From an uncultured Gammaproteobacteria bacterium (lineage in GTDB: Bacteria; Patescibacteriota; Patescibacteriia; UBA11705; JABHMO01): DNA of 64,000 nucleotides. The notes below the pieces were generated by a model. That model was not told the origin of the DNA, did not search any database, and saw only the letters and a program-made list of their open reading frames with translations. The first letter of the stretch is position 1; every line of letters begins with the position of its first letter. The stretch spans positions 90,697 through 154,696 of the forward strand of contig CAZPYM010000002.1 in assembly GCA_964590105.1 (NCBI GenBank), in the 5' to 3' direction. The position numbers and the translations under genes are program-made. Shown here piece by piece: positions 34,725 to 42,372 of the stretch.

Positions 34725-34814
34725 GTGCTCCCTCCACGAATGAACAAAAGCAATAAGCTATAAGTTAGCATTTAAAAATAAATTTGTCAACGTCAAATGT
34801 CAGTTCAAATAAAA

Positions 34815-35420
34815 TTATTCAAACATGGACACATCTCCTTTTCCCCCACGAAGCACAATCGGTTCGTCGCCAGATAGATCAATTACTGATGAAGCTTCGT
34901 TTTTTAGAACGCCGGCGTCAATAATTAAATCAACCTTGTCGCCAAACTGTTTTTCAATTTCCAGTGGATCGGAAAAATTTGGTTCTTGCGTAATGTTCAC
35001 GCTGGTGCTGACGATCGGATTGCCAAGGGCTTTGATCAGTTGCAAACAAACTGAATTATTGGGAATGCGGATTGCCACTGTTTTTTTGTTTGGGATTAAT
35101 TCATTTGGAACAAGTTTGGTTGCTTTGAAAATAAAGGTGTAGGGACCAGGTAAAAGCCGTTTCATTGTTTTGTAAGCATAATCTGAAACAATGGCGTATT
35201 TGGATATTTCAGTTAAATCAGCGCAAATAAAACTAAAGCCAGTTGCTTTCTTTTTTTTAATTTTATAAATTCTCTCAACGGCTTGCTTGCAATATATATC
35301 GCAACCAAAGCCGTAAATCGTGTCGGTAGGGTAAACAATAACGCCGCAGTTTTTTAGAATATCCACGGCTTGTTTGATTTTTGGATATTCCGGGGTTTGA
35401 TTGTTGATTTCTATTAACAT
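34815..35420 (-). CDS. tsaC: L-threonylcarbamoyladenylate synthase (YrdC/TsaC/Sua5 family).
   Basis: 201 aa. IVYPTDTIYGFGCD and the rest of the YrdC fold pattern. Confidence 0.85.
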   Translation of the reverse strand: MLIEINNQTPEYPKIKQAVDILKNCGVIVYPTDTIYGFGCDIYCKQAVERIYKIKKKKATGFSFICADLTEISKYAIVSDYAYKTMKRLLPGPYTFIFKATKLVPNELIPNKKTVAIRIPNNSVCLQLIKALGNPIVSTSVNITQEPNFSDPLEIEKQFGDKVDLIIDAGVLKNEASSVIDLSGDEPIVLRGGKGDVSMFE

Positions 35421-35495
35421 AGGGTTACAGATGTACAGATCTGAATACAGATTATACAGATTTAAGTAAAATTAGTGAAAAGATGGCTAATATAA

Positions 35496-35524
35496 TTGAC
35501 AGTAGATTAAATATATGATATAAT
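35496..35524 (+). promoter_or_regulatory. Sigma70-like promoter (ATTGACAGTAGATT...TATAAT) with the same -35 14-mer as 32744.
   Basis: TTGACA at 35496-35501, 17-nt spacer, TATAAT at 35519-35524. It lies about 30 nt upstream of the 35557 gene. Confidence 0.5.
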
Positions 35525-35556
35525 CCTTTTTGTTATTAATTTCAATGGGGGGTCTA

Positions 35557-35922
35557 ATGAAAAAGCGGTCATTGTTCTTTCGTCTGAAGTGGGGGAGAGT
35601 TCTGCTGATTTTGTTGGTTCCACTCTATGTGATGGGCGCGTCTGCGAATGCCAGAAGAACTGCTGCTGAACTTACTTCGGTTGCGGAGGCGTTCATGAGC
35701 GTTTCCGCCTATTGCAAGGCGGAAACAGAAGACAGCACTGAAAGGATCATGACCGTGCTCGACTGTGGCGGGGCCTATGATCCGCTAGTCCGCGAACGGG
35801 ACGAGATCGCGCACTCGCGCGGTTGCTGGAACGCGGCTAGCTGGAAGGTCTGGCAACAAGGACGTGACATGGTCAAAAGCACACCGATTGAGGTGTGGTG
35901 CCTCTCACCCTGGCCATTCTGA
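35557..35922 (+). CDS. Small secreted Cys/Trp-rich hypothetical protein, GC-rich.
   Basis: ATG at 35557 after an ATGGGGGG RBS. Signal peptide MKKRSLFFRLKWGRVLLILLVPLYVMGASANA. The mature part of about 90 aa has 4 Cys and 5 Trp. Visibly GC-richer than its flanks. No known motif. Confidence 0.45.
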   Translation: MKKRSLFFRLKWGRVLLILLVPLYVMGASANARRTAAELTSVAEAFMSVSAYCKAETEDSTERIMTVLDCGGAYDPLVRERDEIAHSRGCWNAASWKVWQQGRDMVKSTPIEVWCLSPWPF

Positions 35923-36009
35923 AATCTCTCCTGGCCGGTTCAGGCCAAACCAATTCAAATGTTTTGTAAGACTCTCGCCCGTCTCACCGCGCGGGAGTTT
36001 TTGTTTTTT

Positions 36010-36107
36010 GGAAATTAGAAACTTGAAATTAGAAATTGGGGTAGCTGGCAATAATTTAACCTTCATCGTCTAACCCTAGTTTCCAGTTTCAAATTTCCAG
36101 TTTCTCC
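36010..36107. repeat. Inverted pair of GAAATTAGAAA / CAGTTTC-type repeats at the 3' end of the phosphoesterase gene.
   Basis: GGAAATTAGAAACTTGAAATTAGAAATTGGGG at 36010-36041 and CTAGTTTCCAGTTTCAAATTTCCAGTTTCTCC at 36076-36107. The second encodes the last roughly 10 codons (LKLLEKLEI) of the minus-strand gene. Related copies lie at 36731-36761, 11210-11236 and 3465-3481. Confidence 0.5.
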
Positions 36108-36595
36108 AGCAGTTTTAACTCTAGCTTCTTATCTTTGGTATCATAAATAGCAAAGCTTGCCCGGTAGAACATGCCGGCCAGGTTGCCGGGGTTAATAACA
36201 TTCGAATTATTAATTTTTTCTTGCCATGGCTTGTGGTTGTGTCCGTAAAAAACAAGATGGTATTTCCCTGAATTAGCCAAGCGTTTTGCTTTTACCTTTT
36301 CATGGCAGGCGGCTATTTTTATGTTATCGAAATCCAAATCGAGAAAGGGGACTGGGCCGTATTTTATCTTTTGAAAACGATTTGTCCTTTTTTGTTTTTG
36401 TTGTTTGCTTATATCAGCGTTGCCTTCAACAAAATATATTTTGCCTTGAAAATTGTTTATAAAAAAAGTTTTTGTTTCATCCTCGGTTACGTCGCCGCAG
36501 TGGATTATAGTATCAATTTTCCGTTCATGGCAATAAGACAGAAATTTGGAAATGTTTGTTAAATTGTCGTGGGAGTCAGAACAGATGGCGAAGAG
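36089..36595 (-). CDS. Metallophosphoesterase (YfcE/MJ0936-like calcineurin-fold phosphodiesterase).
   Basis: MLFAICSDSHDN (D-x-H), GD, GNAD and GHNH motifs. ATG at 36595. Confidence 0.8.
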   Translation of the reverse strand, partial: LFAICSDSHDNLTNISKFLSYCHERKIDTIIHCGDVTEDETKTFFINNFQGKIYFVEGNADISKQQKQKRTNRFQKIKYGPVPFLDLDFDNIKIAACHEKVKAKRLANSGKYHLVFYGHNHKPWQEKINNSNVINPGNLAGMFYRASFAIYDTKDKKLELKLLEKLEI

Positions 36596-36812
36596 CATAT
36601 TTATGAAAGGTGAGAAGTAAAAAAGCAAGAAAATAAAAAATCAATGAAACAACAAAGCAAAAATAAAATACAAAATTAATTAATAAAACAAAAAATAATA
36701 AAATAATTGGATTAAACTTTTTGCCATTAACTCTAATTTCTAGTTTCCGGTTTCAAGCTCCATTTGTCTTTCTGCTTAGATTATTGCATCTTTCCTAATT
36801 TTGCGCAAATGC

Positions 36813-36840
36813 TTGACATTTTTTTTGTGGCTGTTATAAT
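36813..36840 (+). promoter_or_regulatory. Sigma70-like promoter (TTGACA-16-TATAAT).
   Basis: TTGACA at 36813-36818 and TATAAT at 36835-36840. The GGAGG RBS and ATG at 36875 follow. Confidence 0.5.
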
Positions 36841-36874
36841 GAGGTGTTCTTTGAAAACAGCGGAAGGAGGTGGC

Positions 36875-37240
36875 ATGGAACCAGGAATGAAGATCCTTTT
36901 TGTTGATGATTTAAATATGGCGCTCAGAACGTATCAGCTGATGTGTGCCTCAATTGATGGTGTTCGAACTGACGTTGCCTCGAGTGGGCAAGAGGCACTC
37001 GAATTGCTGGAGCAGAATAACTATGACATTTTGTTCACGGACTACAATATGCCGGGAATGAATGGCGTAGCGCTGATTCGACACGCCCGCGCGCTTGGCC
37101 GCGAGATGAAGATTGTCATGATTTCAGCAACTCCGCCGGACGACCATGGGGCGGATGATGTGCTTGAGAAACCAGTGGGAAAAGGATTGAAGCAATTCAT
37201 TCTGGCCCACCTTCAACAGAGGAAGAAGGTGCAAAAATAA
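36875..37240 (+). CDS. Stand-alone CheY-like response-regulator receiver domain protein.
   Basis: ILFVDD, the phospho-acceptor D in LFTDYNMPGMNG and the conserved T/K positions are present. There is no output domain. It is visibly GC-richer than its flanks. Confidence 0.75.
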   Translation: MEPGMKILFVDDLNMALRTYQLMCASIDGVRTDVASSGQEALELLEQNNYDILFTDYNMPGMNGVALIRHARALGREMKIVMISATPPDDHGADDVLEKPVGKGLKQFILAHLQQRKKVQK

Positions 37241-37261
37241 GCATGGGGAAAGTATTGAAAT

Positions 37262-37290
37262 CCCGTTCGAACATTCGGACGGTTTTTTAT
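37262..37290 (+). terminator. Rho-independent terminator.
   Basis: CCGTTCG-AACATT-CGGACGG stem followed by TTTTTT. Confidence 0.55.
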
Positions 37291-37569
37291 TCCGACCACG
37301 CCGCCAGCGTTCAGGGTTGGTTCCAGCTTGTGTTGATCGCGCAAATCGTTAAATTATAAAATTTTGGTAATAAATAATCAATAAACTTGGCGCGGTTTAA
37401 TTGACGTTCAAGCCGGCACTCATTTGGAAAATTGCGCAAATCAATTTTCATTGTGCGCTCTTTGTCGCCGCTTGGCGAGCAAAACGTTATCCCTGTTCGT
37501 TAAAAAAATTGCCTAATAAAAAATTCCTAGATAAAAACAAGGAATTTTTTGTTGGAACTGGTCGACGTT

Positions 37570-38205
37570 TTATTTTTCCCGTTCTGGTAAATCCGCCACA
37601 ATCCGATCCCAGATTTCTTTGAGTTCGCCCAAAGTGTATTTTGTTCCGCAAAGAAATGAAATTGAAGTTGGTTCTGTCTTTAGTTTGATTTTTTTGTCTT
37701 TGAGCCAGGCGAGTAATTGAGAGGAAGGCTGATAACCGGCCAATTGTGTGGAATCGAAACTGATTTTTTGTAGATTTTCGCCGTAAAAACCGGATTCAAA
37801 TGTGCTGTAACCTTTATCTGATAAATCGATCACCGCCTGCTTTACTTGAGGTTCAATGTGTTCGAGGTAAACACCTCCGCCTTCTCCTTGCGCCATGGAA
37901 CTGTCAATTTGTTTTTCTATTTCAGTAAATTTTGGATTTGTTTTTTTTCTTTCTTCTGCTGCTGTTTCGCTCGCTTGCTTTGTCTGATGGCGGAGGCGTT
38001 CATAATGGCAGATCAGATCAAAATTTTCCGGTGATATGTTGTGAAAGAGTCTTAATTTTTCTCTTTCTTCGTCCGTGCCTTCAATAATTATTCTGCTAAT
38101 GACTTCCTGGTTGCGCAGATCATTGTATTCTTCGTCAGTTTGAAATCTTTGTTTATGCAGTTCGGTAATGGTTTGTTGCGGTGGTTGCGGCGGTTTTTCA
38201 AACAT
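37570..38205 (-). CDS. Hypothetical protein (211 aa).
   Basis: Long ORF, charged/helical, no motif recognised. Confidence 0.4.
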   Translation of the reverse strand: MFEKPPQPPQQTITELHKQRFQTDEEYNDLRNQEVISRIIIEGTDEEREKLRLFHNISPENFDLICHYERLRHQTKQASETAAEERKKTNPKFTEIEKQIDSSMAQGEGGGVYLEHIEPQVKQAVIDLSDKGYSTFESGFYGENLQKISFDSTQLAGYQPSSQLLAWLKDKKIKLKTEPTSISFLCGTKYTLGELKEIWDRIVADLPEREK

Positions 38206-38214
38206 ATTACTGTT

Positions 38215-39522
38215 TTAATTTTTTATACTTTTTTCTTTCAATAGCTCCATTGTTTTCCGGTTGGCAATTACATTGCCGAAGTATTGCTTGGCGTGTTCAG
38301 ATCGTAGATTTTCTTCCAACTTGTTCAGTTGGTCGGCATAGGCGGGGTTCATTTTATAAGTAGCAAGCGTTCGTTCTGTTTCATCATCAATTTCTTTTTC
38401 GGTCGCTTGAATATTTTCTTGCTTGGCGATCTGGCGAATGATCAGGCCGGTTTTAACTCTTTTGATTGCGTCGACTGCAAAGTCCAGCCGCAGATCAGCT
38501 TCGGTTTTTTTGAGGTGAGATAGATAATCATCAAACTTCATTCCCTGGCGCGCGATATTGTCTTCCAATTCGTGAACCATTTTATGTGTTTCCTGGTCGA
38601 TGAGCACTTCTGGGATTTCTTCAAACTCTGATTTTTCGATCAGTTGTTCAATGATTTCTAGCTCAAGCCGTTGTTTTTCTTTTTGTTGTTGCTCTTGCTC
38701 AATGTTTGAACTGATGTTTTTTCTTAGTCCTTCCAGACTCGGTAAACCAAAGCCTTTGGCAAAGTCATCATTGATTTCAGGAAGCTCAACTTTGTACACT
38801 GCTTGTAATTTAATTTTAAACTCGGCTTTTTTTCCAGCTAATTTTTTTTCGTGATATTCTTTTGGAAAAGACAATTCAAACTCTTTTTCCTGGCCGCTTT
38901 TCAGGCCGATAATATTTTCTTCAAAACCGGGAATCATTTGTCCGTCGCCGATTGTTAGTTTGTGTTTTTTTGCTTGTCCGCCGTCAATAGGTACATTATC
39001 CATGAAAGTATCAAAGTCCAATTCTACCCGATTGCCCTTTTCCGCTGTTTTGTCTTCTAATACTTCTTTTGCCCGCATTTTTTGTATGTCATTCAAAACT
39101 TTTTCGATTTGTTTTTCTTCAATTTTTGTTTCAGCAATTGGCTTTACTTTGATTTTTTCAAAATCGCAGATCTTAATTTTTGGCACCAGCGCCACCGTTG
39201 CTTTATAAATAAATGGATTGCCCGGGGCCAGCTTTTGTACTTCGATTTTGGGTTGGTCGACGATTTCAATCTTCTGTTCGTCAATTGCCTGATAAACAGT
39301 TGCCTCAATCGCAATGCCGGCGGCTGTTTGGTAAACAACCATTTCCCCAGCGTTTTTTATAACAATTTCAAGCGGCGCTTTACCTGGCCGAAACCCTGGA
39401 ATTTTTTTGTCTTTGGAAATTTCTTCAGCAGCTTTTACCAGATACGGAGTTAATTCTGCTATTGATAGTTCAATTACTATTTCTGCTTGGCTCTTTGGCA
39501 AATCTTTTTTTGCAACTTGCAT
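38215..39522 (-). CDS. tig: Trigger factor.
   Basis: 435 aa. N-terminal ribosome-binding domain with GFRPGKAP, central FKBP-like domain, C-terminal arm. Confidence 0.95.
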   Translation of the reverse strand: MQVAKKDLPKSQAEIVIELSIAELTPYLVKAAEEISKDKKIPGFRPGKAPLEIVIKNAGEMVVYQTAAGIAIEATVYQAIDEQKIEIVDQPKIEVQKLAPGNPFIYKATVALVPKIKICDFEKIKVKPIAETKIEEKQIEKVLNDIQKMRAKEVLEDKTAEKGNRVELDFDTFMDNVPIDGGQAKKHKLTIGDGQMIPGFEENIIGLKSGQEKEFELSFPKEYHEKKLAGKKAEFKIKLQAVYKVELPEINDDFAKGFGLPSLEGLRKNISSNIEQEQQQKEKQRLELEIIEQLIEKSEFEEIPEVLIDQETHKMVHELEDNIARQGMKFDDYLSHLKKTEADLRLDFAVDAIKRVKTGLIIRQIAKQENIQATEKEIDDETERTLATYKMNPAYADQLNKLEENLRSEHAKQYFGNVIANRKTMELLKEKSIKN

Positions 39523-39630
39523 AATATTATTGATAATTGATAAGATTAGTTAATGATAACATGCTTTTTTGGGTAAATCAAGAAGAAATTGTTTTTATTT
39601 TATCAAATCTGAGAGGTCGTTAATGGTGCT

Positions 39631-39660
39631 TGACAGATTGTTTTCATTATTATAATATAA
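39631..39660 (+). promoter_or_regulatory. Sigma70-like promoter for the GC-rich island operon.
   Basis: TTGACA followed 15-18 nt later by overlapping TATAAT/TAATAT hexamers, about 55 nt upstream of the AAAGGAGG RBS and the ATG at 39715. Confidence 0.4.
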
Positions 39661-39714
39661 TCGGTAAAGTGAATTGCTGGGACATTGACAATTATAGGGC
39701 AAAAGGAGGCAATA

Positions 39715-40719
39715 ATGAACCGAAAATCATTCAAGCCTGGCTATACGCTGGAGAGATTGCAAGAGCTTGAAGTGGCAGTCAGGGCGTGGTACGTCGGACT
39801 TCCAAAGCCGAAAATTCCCAATGCTGTGAGAATTACCGGCATGAGTTCCCGGACTGTTTTTTTGTATTTCCGGGCGGCGGAAAGGGGCAGTGGTCCCCAG
39901 CCATTGGTAATGGAGAGGCTGTTTGAAGCGACCGGAAATCCGGTTTTTCTTTTGAATGAACACGAAAAAGAGGCTTTCCGCGAACGCGGATTTGCCATGC
40001 CGGATGAGGTATTGCTTGGACAGAATGATTTTGCAGAGCCTCCGGCTGTCAAGACCAAAGGTAGGCGGCAAATTTCCATGCCTTTTGCAGAAGACAGGGG
40101 CGCGGCGATGGTCAGAGTGATTGCCGAGTGGTTTGACAGTCTGCCGTCGCCGAAAAGAGACCACGCGCAGAATCTCCTCGGAGTTGACGTCGCCACGGTT
40201 TACCGTTGGATCAAGGGGAAGACATTTCCCAATCTTGATTCTGTGTGCTCTTTGTGGAATACACTAGGAAATCCAGTTTTCCTTTTGCGTGAAAATGAGT
40301 TAAGTATTGCAAAAGCGCTTGGTTATGTGCCGGCGGAGGATTACCCGACACTGGAATCTTTCAGCGGGAAGTCTGTCTCTGACCAGCCGGCGTCCGCGTC
40401 GCTGAAAATTGCTGTCAGGACTGAAGCAGACTCGGTCAACGTGGAAGTAGCTTTTGGCAAAAAGGCGAGCAAGCTCCTGGTTGGCGTGCTGACCAGCGTG
40501 AGCGTGATCAGCGATTTGCTGCAAGAATCTGGTCTTTCCGGCGCGCCGGAGTCGATCAGATACAAGGCGGCAGAAGCAGTGATTAAAATAGTTACAGCTT
40601 TCAATTTGAAAACAGATGATTTTAGAAAAAGAACGCCCGAGGGGGGGGATGATGCGGAAACTCGCAAAAGGATGGAAATTGTTTATGGATTATTTCGACA
40701 ACCAGGAAAGGAGGAATGA
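39715..40719 (+). CDS. Hypothetical protein with two tandem HTH-like repeats (island gene 1).
   Basis: 334 aa. Internal duplication: ITGMSSRTVFLYFRAAERG...RLFEATGNPVFLLNEHEKEAFRERGF aligns with VDVATVYRWIKGKTFPNLDSVCSLWNTLGNPVFLLRENELSIAKALGY. The VATVYRWIKG-type segment resembles MerR/XRE-like HTH helices. GC-rich. Its stop overlaps the ATG of gene 2 (TGAATGA). Confidence 0.5.
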   Translation: MNRKSFKPGYTLERLQELEVAVRAWYVGLPKPKIPNAVRITGMSSRTVFLYFRAAERGSGPQPLVMERLFEATGNPVFLLNEHEKEAFRERGFAMPDEVLLGQNDFAEPPAVKTKGRRQISMPFAEDRGAAMVRVIAEWFDSLPSPKRDHAQNLLGVDVATVYRWIKGKTFPNLDSVCSLWNTLGNPVFLLRENELSIAKALGYVPAEDYPTLESFSGKSVSDQPASASLKIAVRTEADSVNVEVAFGKKASKLLVGVLTSVSVISDLLQESGLSGAPESIRYKAAEAVIKIVTAFNLKTDDFRKRTPEGGDDAETRKRMEIVYGLFRQPGKEE

Positions 40720-42249
40720 ATGACACCAACGAAAAGTCCGATTCAGACATTGCCAATCAAGCATTCACAGTTCCTTTATACTCATTCGCTTGGGATTGAT
40801 ATGTACAAGCCTCTTGACGCACTGTGGGAAGGAATCAAAAACGGCTGGGATGCTGGTATTCGAAAGTTGCGTCGCCCTGGCCAGGGAAAGTTCGACATTT
40901 TTGTGGATTTGATGTTTTACAAGAATCATCCTCTGTCTCCGAGTGGTCCGGCTCTGGTTATTCTGGACAATGGCGAGGGGATGACTTCTCTTTCCTTGAC
41001 CAGATTTACTACCGTCGGTCCAGAAGATGACAAGTTTACCACTTATGGCGTCATGGATCGCAAGCGGATCGGCCGTATTTCCATGTATGCCATGCTCAAG
41101 GAGCCTCTGAAGGGCTTTTGGGCTCTGAGTTCCACTTCGTCGACCGGCCAGGTCCGAGTGGTGCAGATGGATCCTGCCAAGATGGCAAGGGGGGCGATTG
41201 ACACGTATTTTGTTGATCGCGATGATACGATCCTTCATGGGCTTCGACCCGAGGGCACTTTCACTGCCATTGTTTTGCCAAATATCGTGCCGGACATTCA
41301 GAATGAGCAAGCGCTGGTTGAGCATCTTCGCTGGCAGATTCCGCGGCGAGTTGCTAACAATGGTTTCACTCTTCGCTTGAATGGCAATGAAGTGAAGCCG
41401 GCACCTTTGACCGGTAAGAAAGTTGAAGCTGGCGGACTGATCGGCTGGTTCAAAAAGGATGACCGCAAAAAGCCGCAGGGCATCAGGCTCTGCGATGCTG
41501 AAACCAACACTGTGTGCGCCGAAGCAGTTGACATGTCTCGTCATCTGCCATATCCCATGGGCAGGCCGGAATTGACCGGCGACATTTTTATCCCGGGACT
41601 GGCTGCCAATCAAAGGACAGACAGGTCCGGCCTTTCGTCGGTATTCCTCAAGTCCGATGAGTGGATGAGCATCAAGGAGATCTTGTTTACGCATTTTCGT
41701 CCGGTTCTGGTTGAAATCCTGGGTGAGGACGAAACTGGCGGCGGAGTGAATCGCACCATTCGTAGTATTGTTCTGGATTTTAATCAGGTTTGGGGTGAGC
41801 CGCCGGCGGATGTTGTCCCGCCTCCCGGCATCACGCCGAGCGATTTGGATGAAAATCTTTTCATTGACGGGGATCCGGAACCTCCGAATGAGGGACTGGA
41901 TGAGCCGCGTCAGGGGCGGAAGCCTCATCGTCGGCGTAAGCCACAGAAAAAGCCAACATCCTTTGTTTATCGCGGGCAGGTTTATTTCCTGTCTGATTGC
42001 GCCATGGAGCCCGGTAAAACCGCCGAGGTTATGGGCGACAATGTGGTGTATCTGAATAATCATAATCCGCTTTTTGATCGGTTCCGTTCCGCGTCAATGG
42101 CTCTGCGCCTGCATGTGGTGGAGTCGGTCATCGGCGCGATTGAGCGAGCTGACCTAGAAAAGCACAATTACGACATCAATGACTGCTTCAGCGCAGTTCA
42201 CGAAGCCGTTGTTTACCACTTCGGCAAACTGGATGAGCTGAAAAAGTAG
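40720..42249 (+). CDS. GHKL-superfamily (Bergerat-fold) ATPase, MORC/Hsp90/MutL-like N-terminal domain, with a long uncharacterised C-terminal region (island gene 2).
   Basis: 509 aa. Motif I E-x-x-x-N-x-x-D-A is present as EGIKNGWDAG (about residues 37-46). Motif II D-N-G-x-G-M is present as LVILDNGEGMT (about residues 80-90). A glycine-rich segment follows (GVMDRKRIGRISMYA). GC-rich. Confidence 0.6.
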   Translation: MTPTKSPIQTLPIKHSQFLYTHSLGIDMYKPLDALWEGIKNGWDAGIRKLRRPGQGKFDIFVDLMFYKNHPLSPSGPALVILDNGEGMTSLSLTRFTTVGPEDDKFTTYGVMDRKRIGRISMYAMLKEPLKGFWALSSTSSTGQVRVVQMDPAKMARGAIDTYFVDRDDTILHGLRPEGTFTAIVLPNIVPDIQNEQALVEHLRWQIPRRVANNGFTLRLNGNEVKPAPLTGKKVEAGGLIGWFKKDDRKKPQGIRLCDAETNTVCAEAVDMSRHLPYPMGRPELTGDIFIPGLAANQRTDRSGLSSVFLKSDEWMSIKEILFTHFRPVLVEILGEDETGGGVNRTIRSIVLDFNQVWGEPPADVVPPPGITPSDLDENLFIDGDPEPPNEGLDEPRQGRKPHRRRKPQKKPTSFVYRGQVYFLSDCAMEPGKTAEVMGDNVVYLNNHNPLFDRFRSASMALRLHVVESVIGAIERADLEKHNYDINDCFSAVHEAVVYHFGKLDELKK

Positions 42250-42261
42250 TATTAGAAATTA

Positions 42262-42293
42262 GGCGGCCCCGCCAAGTCGGGGCTGCTTTTTTA
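42262..42293 (+). terminator. Rho-independent terminator of the island plus-strand operon.
   Basis: GGCGGCCCCG-CCAAGT-CGGGGCTGCT stem followed by TTTTTTATTTATT. Confidence 0.6.
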
Positions 42294-42340
42294 TTTATTG
42301 AAATAAGATTGATTATTATGTAGGAAAAAGTTAATTTTAA

Positions 42341-42364
42341 AAACGCTCCACTTGGGGAGCGTTT
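42341..42364 (-). terminator. Hairpin terminator immediately downstream of the stop of the convergent 674-aa gene.
   Basis: AACGCTCC-ACTT-GGGGAGCGTT with T-rich flanks on both strands. Confidence 0.5.
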
Positions 42365-42372
42365 TGTTCTGA

